The notes beneath the pieces are model-generated. The model ran no database searches, was not told where the DNA came from, and worked only from the letters and a program-made list of their open reading frames with translations. Below are positions 38,600-50,300 of a DNA stretch of 64,000 bases, piece by piece. Position 1 is the first letter of the stretch. The number at the start of each line of letters is the position of its first letter. A program made the translations under genes and the position numbers. The stretch covers positions 33,581-97,580 of IMG/VR virus record IMGVR_UViG_3300017917_002969, one strand, 5' to 3'. This DNA comes from a virus.

Positions 38600-41500
38600 A
38601 TGAGTGAAGTAAAACAAGGTGTTACAAACGAACAAATTGAACAGTTTTTACAAGGTTCTGACCCACAAAAATACATTGTAGCGGTAGAAGCTGAATTTAA
38701 CACACCAACAGTTACATTGGTTATTAGTGAACCAAATCAAGAAAAAAGACTGGAACAACACAAATATCAACCATTCTTGTGGTTCAAACAAGACGTTGTT
38801 GATAAGTTGTATGGTGGAAAACGGATGAAAATCATGGAGGCTTGCCAAAAGCACGAAGTAAAAATAACCAAATTACGTACTTGGAATGAGGAAGGATATT
38901 CACCTATACGTATGGAAAATGGTTATAAATATTTAGCCAAGTGTAAGCGTTCATACAATGACCTTATAAATTTCTTTAAAGAAGGTGGTGTAGATGTTTT
39001 TAATAAAGAAACATCTAAACTATTTGTTATGTTCAGTCCTACTGAACAATTCTTGATTCAAACAGGTAAACGATTATTTAAAGGAATGGAAGACTATGAC
39101 GATGTTCATAGGTTCCAATTCGACTTGGAAACAGAAGGATTATTTGCGTCAACAAACGCAATCTTTCAAATAGGTTTAAGAGATAATAGAGGTATTGAAC
39201 ATGTATTTGAAACAACTGGTGAAACTCTACAAGAAAGAAGAAATAGTGAAAGAGAAAACATTGAGAAATTCTTTAAAGCAATTGATGTAATTAGACCAGA
39301 TATTATTACTGGTTACAACTCAGAGAACTTTGACTGGCCATATCTATTTGATAGAGCTGAAAGGCTTGGAATGGATATTAGAGATTTAGCAATTACCCTT
39401 AATCGTATATCAAAGATTAAAAGAAAACCAGCAACACTTAAATTAGGTGGTGAAACGGAAGCTTATAACCAAACACATATGTATGGTTATAATATCATAG
39501 ACATTTCACACGCTGTCCGTAGGGCTATGGCAATTAACTCTGAAATAAAAGCTTGGGGTTTGAAATACATAACACAATATTCAGGTATTGCAAAACAAAA
39601 TAGGGTTTACGTTCCAGGTGATAAGATTAATTCTACATGGGCCGATAAAGAAAACAAATACGCATTTAATGATACAAATGGTGATTGGTATAAGATAAGT
39701 GAAAAATACCCACTTAAAGAAGGATATACGACAGTAACTGGCGCATATATTGTTCAGCGTTATCTTTGTGATGACTTGTGGGAAACAGAACAAGTTGATT
39801 ACATATATAACCAAGCATCATTCCTTATCGCAAAGATGTTACCAACGACATTTATGCGTTCATCAACAATGGGTACCGCTGGTCAATGGAAACTTATAAT
39901 GTCTGCATGGTCTTATCAAAATAATTTGGCTATTCCAGAAACACAACCAAAGCGTGATTTCACTGGTGGTCTTTCAAGACTATTGGAAGTGGGTTACGCT
40001 AAGAATGTTGTGAAGCTTGACTTTGCGGCTCTATATCCTAAGACACAATTGACTTGGTTGATATTCCCTGATTTGGATATTAGTGGGGTAATGAAAGGTA
40101 TTTTAACGTATGTTGTAGATACACGTGACCATTTTAAATTCTTGACTGGTACAGAGAAAAAGAAAGCTAAAAAACTACAAGCTAAATTAGACGAGAATAA
40201 AGCAAACATGACAGCAGATGAAATAGCTGCATTGAAAGCTGAAATATCTGAACATAAACGTTTATCTGGGCTTTATGACAAGAAACAGTTACCATTAAAG
40301 ATTCTGGCCAACTCATGGTTTGGTTCTTATGGTGCGCCTTATATTTTTAACTGGGGTGATACTGATTCTGCGGAAGAAACAACTTGCCGTGGTCGTCAAT
40401 CGCTTCGTCTTATGGTTCGTCACTTCACTGAAAAACACGGTTTTAAGCCGCTTGTGGGTGACACTGATGGTTTTAACTTTGCATTCCCAGATAATATAGA
40501 TAATATAAGGTATGTTGCTAAAGGAAATCATTGGAAGACGACTAACGATGCTGGAAAAGAACTTGTTGGCTTGGATGCGGTATTGGCTGAGTTTAACGAA
40601 AACTACATGGAAGGTCGTATGGGTTTGGATATTGATGATGTATGTAATTCAACTATCAACTTTGCACGTAAGAACTACGCTAATGATATTGATGGAAAGA
40701 TTAAACTTGTTGGTAACTCTATCAAGTCTAAGAAGATGTCTGTTTATATCGAAGAATTTTTAGGTAAAGCTATTCGTATGTTATTGGATGGTGATGGTTA
40801 TTCGTTTATAAACCATTATTATGATTATGTGGATAAGATTTACAATTATCAAATACCATTGGTTAAGATTGCTACCAAAGCTAAGGTTAAATCTAACATA
40901 GCTGAATACAAGAAAAAATCAATGATAAAGAATAAGGCAGGTAATCCTATGCCTAAGCAAGCTCACATGGAATTGGCAATTAAAGCTGAGTTAAATGTAA
41001 CACTTGGTGACGTTCTTTATTATGTAAATACTGGTACATCGAAATCACAAGGTGATTTGCAAACCGTTGATAAGAATAAGATGACCAAGAAAGAAAGGGA
41101 AGCTTATTTCAAAGAACATGGCGAGTATCCTAAACCAAATAAGGTTACTGAATTAAATTGTAGATTATTAGATTCACAAGTTGTTGAAAGAGATTTGGAA
41201 GCAGTTAAGGAATTAGAGATGGTTAGGAAAGCAATATTGGTTGAAGACTTAGATGAAGAAAGTAAAGTTTCTTTACAAGCAAGAATTGATGAACTTAATG
41301 AAGGTTTGTTTATCGATGATTATAACGTTGCTCGTTATTTGGAAGCATTTAACAAGAAAGTTAAACCATTGTTGGTTTGTTTTAGACCAGAAATTCGTGA
41401 GAAGATTTTATTAACCATTGTTAAAGAAAAGAACAAACAAACAAAAAAAGTTACCGAAAAACTTAAAGAACGTGTTGTTTTTACAAGAGGTGAATGTGAA

Positions 41501-42313
41501 CTGGTATCTGGTATGCCATTTAAAGATGGTGACCAAGATTCATATGAAGACCTTATGGTTATGGAAGACAAGGAGATTAAATTCTGGGATAAGGTAAACA
41601 AGATACCTAACTATATGGAACCAGAGGAATGGGAAACAATTAGAGCTGATTATCATGTAAGAATGGCTATTGCTAAAGCAGAAGGAATAGAAAATGAAAA
41701 GAAGGCTCTAGATGACATATTTAAGCGTTTAGAACTAAAAGACCTTAAGCTTATTGATAAGGAATTTAAACTACCAATAGAAATATTCATTATCGCTGAC
41801 ATAAGTAATGACATGAGTGGTAATTTGATTTCTAGAAAATGGAATGAAGTTGTTGCTAATGTGGATGATATCTTTAAGTATCAAAAGGAAGCGATTGAAC
41901 GCAACAAATATTATAAGTTGATTGGTATAGAAAACGAAGACAATCGTTATGAACTTTGGTTAGAATACATTACTGAACAAAAAGTATTGAGTGGTGAGAC
42001 AGGTACGTTTGTTGAACAAGAGTTTGTTGAAGTTCTTGATAAACCTAAAGAAGAAATAATTATATTGCTAACTGAACAAGCAAAAGAGGTTGAACTACCA
42101 AAAGAAGAAGTTAAAAAGAAAAAGTTTTCCGAGACTTCTGATGACGATGATGAATTAGAAATCGAGGAAGATGAAGATGGTAATATTACAAGAAATGATG
42201 AGATTCTTAATCTTGACGATGAATTTGATGACACATATGGTGAACGTCCAGATGGATATGTATTTGAAGATAAGGAAGAAAATATTGTAGAAGAGGATGG
42301 ATGGCCATTCTAA
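38600..42313 (+). CDS. Family B DNA polymerase with 3'-5' exonuclease and long acidic C-terminal extension
   Basis: FDLETE, GYNSENFDW, YLCDD; LDFAALYP, KILANSWFG, GDTDG, KNYA. Confidence 0.95.
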   Translation: MSEVKQGVTNEQIEQFLQGSDPQKYIVAVEAEFNTPTVTLVISEPNQEKRLEQHKYQPFLWFKQDVVDKLYGGKRMKIMEACQKHEVKITKLRTWNEEGYSPIRMENGYKYLAKCKRSYNDLINFFKEGGVDVFNKETSKLFVMFSPTEQFLIQTGKRLFKGMEDYDDVHRFQFDLETEGLFASTNAIFQIGLRDNRGIEHVFETTGETLQERRNSERENIEKFFKAIDVIRPDIITGYNSENFDWPYLFDRAERLGMDIRDLAITLNRISKIKRKPATLKLGGETEAYNQTHMYGYNIIDISHAVRRAMAINSEIKAWGLKYITQYSGIAKQNRVYVPGDKINSTWADKENKYAFNDTNGDWYKISEKYPLKEGYTTVTGAYIVQRYLCDDLWETEQVDYIYNQASFLIAKMLPTTFMRSSTMGTAGQWKLIMSAWSYQNNLAIPETQPKRDFTGGLSRLLEVGYAKNVVKLDFAALYPKTQLTWLIFPDLDISGVMKGILTYVVDTRDHFKFLTGTEKKKAKKLQAKLDENKANMTADEIAALKAEISEHKRLSGLYDKKQLPLKILANSWFGSYGAPYIFNWGDTDSAEETTCRGRQSLRLMVRHFTEKHGFKPLVGDTDGFNFAFPDNIDNIRYVAKGNHWKTTNDAGKELVGLDAVLAEFNENYMEGRMGLDIDDVCNSTINFARKNYANDIDGKIKLVGNSIKSKKMSVYIEEFLGKAIRMLLDGDGYSFINHYYDYVDKIYNYQIPLVKIATKAKVKSNIAEYKKKSMIKNKAGNPMPKQAHMELAIKAELNVTLGDVLYYVNTGTSKSQGDLQTVDKNKMTKKEREAYFKEHGEYPKPNKVTELNCRLLDSQVVERDLEAVKELEMVRKAILVEDLDEESKVSLQARIDELNEGLFIDDYNVARYLEAFNKKVKPLLVCFRPEIREKILLTIVKEKNKQTKKVTEKLKERVVFTRGECELVSGMPFKDGDQDSYEDLMVMEDKEIKFWDKVNKIPNYMEPEEWETIRADYHVRMAIAKAEGIENEKKALDDIFKRLELKDLKLIDKEFKLPIEIFIIADISNDMSGNLISRKWNEVVANVDDIFKYQKEAIERNKYYKLIGIENEDNRYELWLEYITEQKVLSGETGTFVEQEFVEVLDKPKEEIIILLTEQAKEVELPKEEVKKKKFSETSDDDDELEIEEDEDGNITRNDEILNLDDEFDDTYGERPDGYVFEDKEENIVEEDGWPF

Positions 42314-42317
42314 AAAC

Positions 42318-42344
42318 AAAAGGGACCAATCGGTCCCTTTTTTT
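42318..42344. terminator. Intrinsic terminator between convergent genes
   Basis: AAAAGGGACC-AATC-GGTCCCTTTTTTT. Confidence 0.85.
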
Positions 42345-42345
42345 A

Positions 42346-43488
42346 TTAATACACCCAAAAACCTAGCGGGTGGTGTTTTAGGTTTCTGTTTAGATATTCT
42401 GCCTCGTTTGCTGCACGTTCTAATTGTGATGTACTAGATAAACGAACTAGTCTAGCATCAAGTCTTTCAAGAACCAGTTTTTTTTCTTCATTACCTTCAC
42501 TTAATAGTGTATCGTAATCCATAGTTCTTTCAGCTTCTGGTGGGCCTACAATTCCACCAAATTTACCTCTAACTCTACCTAATGCTCTTTTGCCCTCAGC
42601 AACAAATAATTGACGGATAAGAACCTTGGTAGGTTCATTAAAGTCTGCATAATCTAATTTTGCTAAAGGCACTTGATTTGGTAACTTGATAACATCTGGG
42701 TTATCCAATAAACACTGATTAGGGTCACCTTGTGTTGTATCATAATAAAAATACCAAACTTGGCAACCAGTTAAGTTAATTGAGCTACCAACACCACCAA
42801 TACCTTGACCGAAAGAAAATCTTGAACCTGGGGTGCTTAACAAATGTAATAATTTTGTCCCATCTGGACCAGCAGTAACCTTATAAACCAATTCGCTTCT
42901 GATGATACGGTTTTTAAGGTTCATATCAGCTGCTGTTAATAAAATATCAAATGCTGGTGCAATGTAATAACCCATACGGGCAAAACCTGGACCACCCGTA
43001 CCAGTACCACCACCTACTTGAGCGAAGCCACCACCAAAACCATAATCAATAGCACCATAGTTAGCCAATAACGCTTGGCTAGTTGCAGGTGGAGTTATCC
43101 ATAATACTTCATTGATTTCACGGCCAGCTGGAATTTGATATACTTGACGGCCAGCTTCTAATTCAACATAGTCTTTCTTTAATTCCCATGGACCATTGGT
43201 TTGTAGACCAACTTGTTTTGAATAGGCATAGGTTGCTTTTTGAACATAATCAAGACTCCTAACACTTAAAGCAAAAGCCATGTCAAGAGTTGTTATGTTT
43301 TGACCATATAGTGATTGCCATTGATGTTCTATTAACCATTCTTGCACGTATTGTGCATAGTCTTCAATAGCGATTTCAAGTAGGGTACATAATTGGTCAT
43401 CAGTTAGTTCAATTTGACGGATAGGTGCACCTAACGAATGTCTAAATTGTCTAAATAATTTTTCTCTTTCTTCAATATTTACTGGCAT
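42346..43488 (-). CDS. Neck/head-tail adaptor protein (T4 gp13-like)
   Basis: LGAPIRQIELTDDQL, KRALGRVRGKF, EGNEEK..L patterns. Confidence 0.72.
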   Translation of the reverse strand: MPVNIEEREKLFRQFRHSLGAPIRQIELTDDQLCTLLEIAIEDYAQYVQEWLIEHQWQSLYGQNITTLDMAFALSVRSLDYVQKATYAYSKQVGLQTNGPWELKKDYVELEAGRQVYQIPAGREINEVLWITPPATSQALLANYGAIDYGFGGGFAQVGGGTGTGGPGFARMGYYIAPAFDILLTAADMNLKNRIIRSELVYKVTAGPDGTKLLHLLSTPGSRFSFGQGIGGVGSSINLTGCQVWYFYYDTTQGDPNQCLLDNPDVIKLPNQVPLAKLDYADFNEPTKVLIRQLFVAEGKRALGRVRGKFGGIVGPPEAERTMDYDTLLSEGNEEKKLVLERLDARLVRLSSTSQLERAANEAEYLNRNLKHHPLGFWVY

Positions 43489-43527
43489 AGTTACTCCTTT
43501 TACCTATAAATATCGTAAAAAATTTAA

Positions 43528-43785
43528 TTATGCAATAAGCTTCTTAACTATTTGAGAGGCTTCTAAAATACTTTTAAAACTAACTTCTGGAACAAGTAAT
43601 TGATTACCTACTCTAACGATTGGTACCATTTCAGATTTGGTGATTTCGTGTATTTTTTCGTATTCCTTTTCGTATTCTGGAAGGTTAACGTTAATATCTG
43701 TAAACTCTATACCTTCTTTGGTTAGAATTTCTTTAAGCTCTGAGCAGTATGGGCATTCTGGAATGCTATAAATATACACCATCAT
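43528..43785 (-). CDS. Glutaredoxin/NrdH-like redoxin
   Basis: YS..ECPYC, MVP motifs. Confidence 0.9.
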   Translation of the reverse strand: MMVYIYSIPECPYCSELKEILTKEGIEFTDINVNLPEYEKEYEKIHEITKSEMVPIVRVGNQLLVPEVSFKSILEASQIVKKLIA

Positions 43786-45626
43786 AATTCATCCATTAAT
43801 TTATTTGTCATTATTTCTGTTATTTCTTCTTCAGTTAATTTTTTATCGCCCATTATTGTTGAAATAATATCTTTCTTATTATTAAGTATGTTCCACATTC
43901 TTATTGAAATAGTATCCTCAAAAAGTTGATAATAAACATTAACATCATTCTTTTGGCCAATCCTAAACGCTCTATCTTCTGCTTGTTCGTTGTCGCCTGG
44001 AACCCATGAAAACGAATTAAAGACGACAACAGTGGCTTCTGTTAGTGTAATAGCAACACCAGCTGATTGAATGTTACCAATAAATACTTTCGTTTTAGCA
44101 TTCTTTTGAAAAGCATCTACAGAACGTTGTTTGTCCTTGGCAGACATTGAACCATTATGTCTTACAGCGATTTTACCAAAGTGTTCAGCAAGAATATCTT
44201 GTTCTTCATTGAATGAGGTAAATATAATTACCTTTCTACCCATCTCTATAGCGTTTTCAACCATTTCAATAGTGTGTGGAATAGCAACTTCAGCTATGAA
44301 CTGACGCAATAGTATCAATTCTACAAGGTCTCTTTGTAGGTTACCATTCTTTTTGCCTTCAACTATTCTTTTTTCAAGGTATTCTTCCCATAAAGCCTCA
44401 TATTCTTTCCATTGTTTTGCATCCAATCTGTGATACATAGGTGTAATAACCTTATCTGGCATATCTAAAACATCCGTTTTAAGCCTTCTTAAGATAATAT
44501 TTTTGGTTTTGGCCGCTAATTCGTCCAAATTGCTGGCTCCATCAGTTAACCATATCTGTCTTTTTTGACCATTTTTAAGCGTTCTGTAGAATTTTCTAGC
44601 ATCACAGTATCTAACAGCATAGTGTTTCCAATTTTCGGCCAATGGAGACTTGATTATTTTCAACAAATTAAAGAAGTCCATAGGTCTATTGGCCACTGGG
44701 GTACCAGTTAGCAACCAAACCTTCTGAATACCATGTTTAACGGACAATTCGACCATAATTTTACCACGAATGCTATCATTATTTTTCAAATAATGAGCTT
44801 CATCTATGATTGCAAGGTCAAATTTTGCGTTTGCAAGTTCTCTACTAACTGTTGAAAGTTCTTCTGGGGTTAATTGTCTTTTGTTTTCCACCAAAGTATG
44901 GAAATTCTTAAGAATATCAAAGTTTATGATAGTAAATTTAGCTTGATTCCATCTTCTACCCTCAACAATTGCTGTTTTATCACAGAAAACATTGATTTCA
45001 CGTTCCCAATTTATTTTTGCAGATGATGGGCATACTACAAGTATTTTTTTAGCGCCACTTTCAATAGCAGCAATGATTGATTGGATGCTTTTCCCAAGAC
45101 CCATATCATCTGCCAATATGCAACCATTTCGAGAAAGCAAAAATTTAATACCTTCTTCTTGGTGCTTATACAATTTTTTGCCTTGTTTGGCCAAAACCTT
45201 ATTATATTTCTCAAAGTCTAGTTCTACGTTAATTGGTTCAAAATAAGGGTCATCGGTTACTTGTGTTTTTGGTAACCAATACATCTTAGATTCTTTTTGG
45301 TTTTGTTTTAGCTTACCATATATGTGAAAAGACTTATCAGTTTCGGCTAATATGAATTCTATTAACACTTTTTCTGGTGTAAAAGATAGTTCATCTTGCT
45401 TTTGTAGTTCTTCACCCAAGTACTTTGTAATACCAATTACTCTGTTTATATATTGCGGCTCACGATTATAATTTTCTAAGATATATTTTGATTGATTTTC
45501 AGTTAGCAGAATTTTTTTGTTTTTTAGGTATTCGTTCTTTAATTTCAACAAATACGGATTAATACCGCTATAGTTTTCCAATAGCGATAATGCTGAATGT
45601 CCTTTTAGGTCTTCCAAATTAATCAT
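43782..45626 (-). CDS. SNF2-family (SMARCAL1/HARP-like) helicase
   Basis: LADDMGLGKS, DEAH, LTGTP, RRLK, QAEDRAFRIGQ. Confidence 0.93.
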   Translation of the reverse strand: MINLEDLKGHSALSLLENYSGINPYLLKLKNEYLKNKKILLTENQSKYILENYNREPQYINRVIGITKYLGEELQKQDELSFTPEKVLIEFILAETDKSFHIYGKLKQNQKESKMYWLPKTQVTDDPYFEPINVELDFEKYNKVLAKQGKKLYKHQEEGIKFLLSRNGCILADDMGLGKSIQSIIAAIESGAKKILVVCPSSAKINWEREINVFCDKTAIVEGRRWNQAKFTIINFDILKNFHTLVENKRQLTPEELSTVSRELANAKFDLAIIDEAHYLKNNDSIRGKIMVELSVKHGIQKVWLLTGTPVANRPMDFFNLLKIIKSPLAENWKHYAVRYCDARKFYRTLKNGQKRQIWLTDGASNLDELAAKTKNIILRRLKTDVLDMPDKVITPMYHRLDAKQWKEYEALWEEYLEKRIVEGKKNGNLQRDLVELILLRQFIAEVAIPHTIEMVENAIEMGRKVIIFTSFNEEQDILAEHFGKIAVRHNGSMSAKDKQRSVDAFQKNAKTKVFIGNIQSAGVAITLTEATVVVFNSFSWVPGDNEQAEDRAFRIGQKNDVNVYYQLFEDTISIRMWNILNNKKDIISTIMGDKKLTEEEITEIMTNKLMDEL

Positions 45627-45713
45627 ATACCTGGTAAATATAGTAAATTTTCTTTAGAAAATCAAGTCTTTATTTTAGATTAATGAAAAGGAAAGTATTT
45701 ATATAAAAAAGCT

Positions 45714-46235
45714 ATGAAAAACCAGAAATTTACACCAATAACTAGAATAAATAAGTTCTTTTCAGAAGAAGATTTTGAGCTAGAAATTTCTATGGGTAGA
45801 GAAGTGATTGAAGGGGACGGCAATTTTACCGTTATTTTATATAGGATTGATAGGCAACTTACAGAGTATGATGATGTTTATGGTGAAGCTTCAAAAGATG
45901 GTATCAGATTTTTCCCACCAATTGAATTGAAAGTAGTTCCTATTTTGGAAGAACCAGAAAATAAAACATACAACACAAATGGTAGTGCGAGATATTTACA
46001 AGATGGTCCTTTTACCTTTGGTGTGTATCAAAGTCAATTAGATGAATTAGACACTGAAATTAGTTATGGTGACTATATAGGGTATGCTGTTAGTGAGAAT
46101 GAGATTAGGTATTATAGTGTGGTAAATGATGGTGTTAAGAATTTTGACAACAAACATACAATCATGGGATATAAAGGCGCCTTTAGGACTATTAAATGTG
46201 CTGCTGTAGATAATACAGAGTTTCGTGGTGTGTAA
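45714..46235 (+). CDS. Head completion/neck protein (T4 gp14-like)
   Basis: YDDVYGE, GDYI motifs; position in the neck module. Confidence 0.6.
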   Translation: MKNQKFTPITRINKFFSEEDFELEISMGREVIEGDGNFTVILYRIDRQLTEYDDVYGEASKDGIRFFPPIELKVVPILEEPENKTYNTNGSARYLQDGPFTFGVYQSQLDELDTEISYGDYIGYAVSENEIRYYSVVNDGVKNFDNKHTIMGYKGAFRTIKCAAVDNTEFRGV

Positions 46236-46264
46236 TTAGGATATTTATAAAATAAATGTGAAAT

Positions 46265-47323
46265 ATGGCAATGCCAAAAGGATATAAAACGAACATTAAC
46301 ATTGTTAATGGTAAGATTGGCCCAGAAAGGAGACAAGAAATTCTTGATGGAATAGCTAATCCTGGCACATTTCTACCAAGAGGTGTTTCCATTGAAGATA
46401 TGGACCAAACGTTTATTGAATTTGTAAACTCACCAGAAGGTGTTTCAATATCAATAGACGGAGAAAAAGTACCTGTTTTATTTTTAACAATTCAAAGATG
46501 GAGTGAGTTTACCAAAAATTGGTCATTTACTGACGAATATAAAGACATTCAAATGCCATTTATTACGATAGTTAGAAAGCCAGATGTTCAGCAAGGTCAA
46601 AATCAAGCTGGATTGTGGAATATTCCAGGTCGTAGAACATATACCTATATGAAAGTTCCTACTTGGGACGGTGTTAGACGTGGTGTTGATTTGTATAAGG
46701 TTCCACAACCAACTCCAGTAGATATTACATATGAAGTTAGGTTGTTCACGAATAGGATGAAGGATTTAAATAAGTTTAATAATACAATACAAAGAGCGTT
46801 TCAATCAAGACAATTTTATATCAATGTTAAAGGACATCCTATGCCATTGATTTTGGAATCAATTGGTGATGAAAGTAATATTGATGACTTTGAGAGTAGA
46901 AGGTTTTATGTACAATTGTTTGAAATAAAACTGATGGGTTATATATTAGATGAAGAGGATTTTGAAATTGTACCAACATTTAATAGAACAGTAATGGCGT
47001 TGGAATTGGATGAGAACAGAATTCTTAATCAAGTTATATTCGACCCATATGTTCAAGGTAATCAAGTTGTTTATAATTTTGTATGGAAACCTAGGTCTGA
47101 TTATCAATTCACATTTACAGCTACAAATGATGTTGCATTTACACAATTAACAAACATTGAGAACTTAACTAGAATTGTGATTAATGTTAATAGTGTTGTT
47201 GTATTTGATGGTACGGTTTTAAACAGTCCTTTGGTTTTATATCAAAATGACGTTGTAAAAATAAGGGTTTATAAAAACTTTCTAACACTTGGAAAGTTCA
47301 CATTAATAGGTAGTTTAGCATAA
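46265..47323 (+). CDS. Tail terminator/sheath stabiliser (T4 gp15-like)
   Basis: VPVLF....RW, MPFITI, PTPVDITY motifs. Confidence 0.62.
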   Translation: MAMPKGYKTNINIVNGKIGPERRQEILDGIANPGTFLPRGVSIEDMDQTFIEFVNSPEGVSISIDGEKVPVLFLTIQRWSEFTKNWSFTDEYKDIQMPFITIVRKPDVQQGQNQAGLWNIPGRRTYTYMKVPTWDGVRRGVDLYKVPQPTPVDITYEVRLFTNRMKDLNKFNNTIQRAFQSRQFYINVKGHPMPLILESIGDESNIDDFESRRFYVQLFEIKLMGYILDEEDFEIVPTFNRTVMALELDENRILNQVIFDPYVQGNQVVYNFVWKPRSDYQFTFTATNDVAFTQLTNIENLTRIVINVNSVVVFDGTVLNSPLVLYQNDVVKIRVYKNFLTLGKFTLIGSLA

Positions 47324-50300
47324 TGAGTCACGTAGGAAGAGGATATGATGTTAATCAAACATTTATTGTAGAGCCACTAGATAATGGTATACCAATATTT
47401 AGTGCTTGTACAGCAATATACGCTAATTTTATCACATCATGTGACGGAAATACTAGTATATCTTTAGATGATGGTATTATAAATTTTGATGGTGTTTTAA
47501 ATACAAATAGTGATTTGAGTGCAAATACTATTTTTGCTTCAACTTATTATGGTGATGGAAGCAACTTAACAAACATTAATTTTGGTACTATTGTTACTGG
47601 ATTAACCATAAATGGAGATTTGACTGTTACTGGTAATACATTATTAAATGGATTGACTGGTAATATTATATCTGCTACTACTATAAGTGCTAATACAATA
47701 TCAGCAACTACAATTAGTGGAATTACTTTTTATGGTGATGGTAGCAACTTAACAAATATTAATTTTGGAACTACTGTTACTGGATTAACCGTCAATGGTG
47801 ATTTAACTGTTACTGGTAATACATTATTAAATGGTTTAACTGCAAATACAATTAGTGCTACTACATATCAAAATTTACCTGTAACAGCAGATACATTTAC
47901 AACAGATTTCACTTATTCAAGCAATACTTTTACAATATTTAGAAATCAAGGTCTTTCTGCACTTACAGCAACAATTGACGTAATGAGTGGTTTAACTATT
48001 AATGGGGACTTAACGGTAACAGGTAATACAACGTTACAATCAATTAGTGCTAATACAATAACTGGTGATACATTTTTTTCAGGTAGCACACCATTAACAA
48101 CAATAATTAATAACATTGCGAGTTTATACTCTGGGTCAAGTAGTGCTGATTATTTGGCTTTATCAGGTGGAACCGTAACTGGTAGTACTACATTTACAAA
48201 TGGTTTAACAGTAAATAATTCATTATTATTATCTGGAGCATCAAACCCTTTAACAATAAAAGGGTTGTTATCATCAAATGATACAACACTAATAAGCATA
48301 GATAATAATGGTATTATTCATACATTACCAACAAGCGCTATTACTGGAACCACATCTATTAGTAATGCTGCTACTGGTGGTACTTATTCTAATGGAACAA
48401 TTAGCTTATCTGGTACTGGAACATTAGGTACAATTACTGGTTTTACTGATTTTTATGTAACTGGTTTTACGTTATCAAATTCTGATTTAATTCTTAAACA
48501 AAATATATCAGATTCATATTCTGCATTTACTGTTAATTTACCATTTTTACCATTAACTGGAGGCACATTGACTGGTTCACTTACTGCACCAACTTATTAT
48601 GGTGATGGAAGCAACTTAACGGGTATATCAAGAGGTGGTTCTGGTGGACAACTTTATTATTTTAATATTTCAAATTTACAATCACCTTACTACGAACTTT
48701 CTACATCTGCAACAACAACATCAGAACAAACAATTTCAGCAACAACAGGTTCGTATGGTACTGTTTTGGTTGGAGGTTTTATGACACCAGTTGGTGTCCC
48801 TAATACAACTAGCATACCTGCTGGTATTTTAAGTTTTTATTTACATTCTTATGATGGTGGTAATAACCATAATTTTAATATTTATTGCCAATTATATAAG
48901 AGAGATACTGGAGGTACAGAAACATTACTATTTACATCAGACCAATCTGCCGTTATTGGTAATGTTGTTTCAATGGTTATTACCGATGGATATTTTTCAG
49001 GTGCAACACTTGACGCATCCGATAGGTTGGTTGTTAAGGTTTATGGTGAAAACTTGACCAATCAAACAAGAACGATTTATTTTGTAAGTGAAGGGTCTCA
49101 ACATTATAGTTTTGCTCTGACAACAATACCAATTTTTTTAGATACATATGTTACAGGTTTTACATATTCAAATAATGTATTCACTATTAAACAAAATAAT
49201 AGTCAACCTGATTTACCATTAACAATAAACTCTGTTACAGGATGGACTGTTAATGGTAATTTAACCGTAACTGGTAATACATCATTAAAAGAATTAACTG
49301 CATCAACAATATCTGCAACAACATATTATAATATTCCATTATTTAGTGGTGGAACCATTACAGGTCTTACAGTAAATGGTAATTTAATTGTAACTGGTGC
49401 TACCAGTTTTACAAATGGTTTAACTGCAAATACAATTAGTGCTACTACATATCAAAATTTACCTGTAACAGCAGATACATTTACAACAGGTTTCACATAT
49501 ACAGCAAATACACTTACAATATTCAGAAATCAAGGTCTTTCTGCACTTACAGCAACAATTGATGTTATGACAGGTTTGACAATTAATGGTAATTTAATTG
49601 TAACTGGTAACACAACATTACAATCATTAAGTTCAACAACAATAAGTGGAAACACTTTTATTTCAGGTAATACTCAGCTAAGCACAGTTATTAATAACAT
49701 TGCAAGCCAATATGACCCATCAGGTAGATTTTTAAACTTATCAGGTGGAACTGTAACTGGTAATACTACATTTATAAATGGATTAAGTGGAAGTAGCATA
49801 ACAGCTACTACTTATTTTTCAGGTTCAACTCCGCTAACCAGTGTTATTGATAATATAGCAAGTCAATATAATCCATCAGGTAGATTCTTATCATTAAGTG
49901 GTGGTACAGTAACTGGTAGTACAAGTTTTACAGCTGGATTGAATGCGAATACAATTAGTGCTACAACATATCAAAACTTACCTGTAACAGCAGATACATT
50001 TACAACAGATTTCACTTATTCAAGCAATACTTTTACAATAAGTAGAAATCAGGGATTATCAGCATTAACAGCATCCATCAACACAATGACTGGTTTAACT
50101 GTGAATGGAACGTTAAATGCTACTACAATATCCGCTACAACAATATCTGCTACCACGTTTTATGGTAATGGAAGTAATTTAACAGGTATTAGTTCTAGTG
50201 GTACATTTACTGGTGGTACGGTAAATGGTAGTACAGTATTTACAAATGGGTTGAGTGCTAATACATTTAATATAACAACAATACCAACAAATAACAATAG

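Noticed and set aside
38600-42313. Intein in the unusually long polymerase
   Set aside because: No intein block A or HN-C/S/T junction found; the extra length comes from helical insertions and the C-terminal extension
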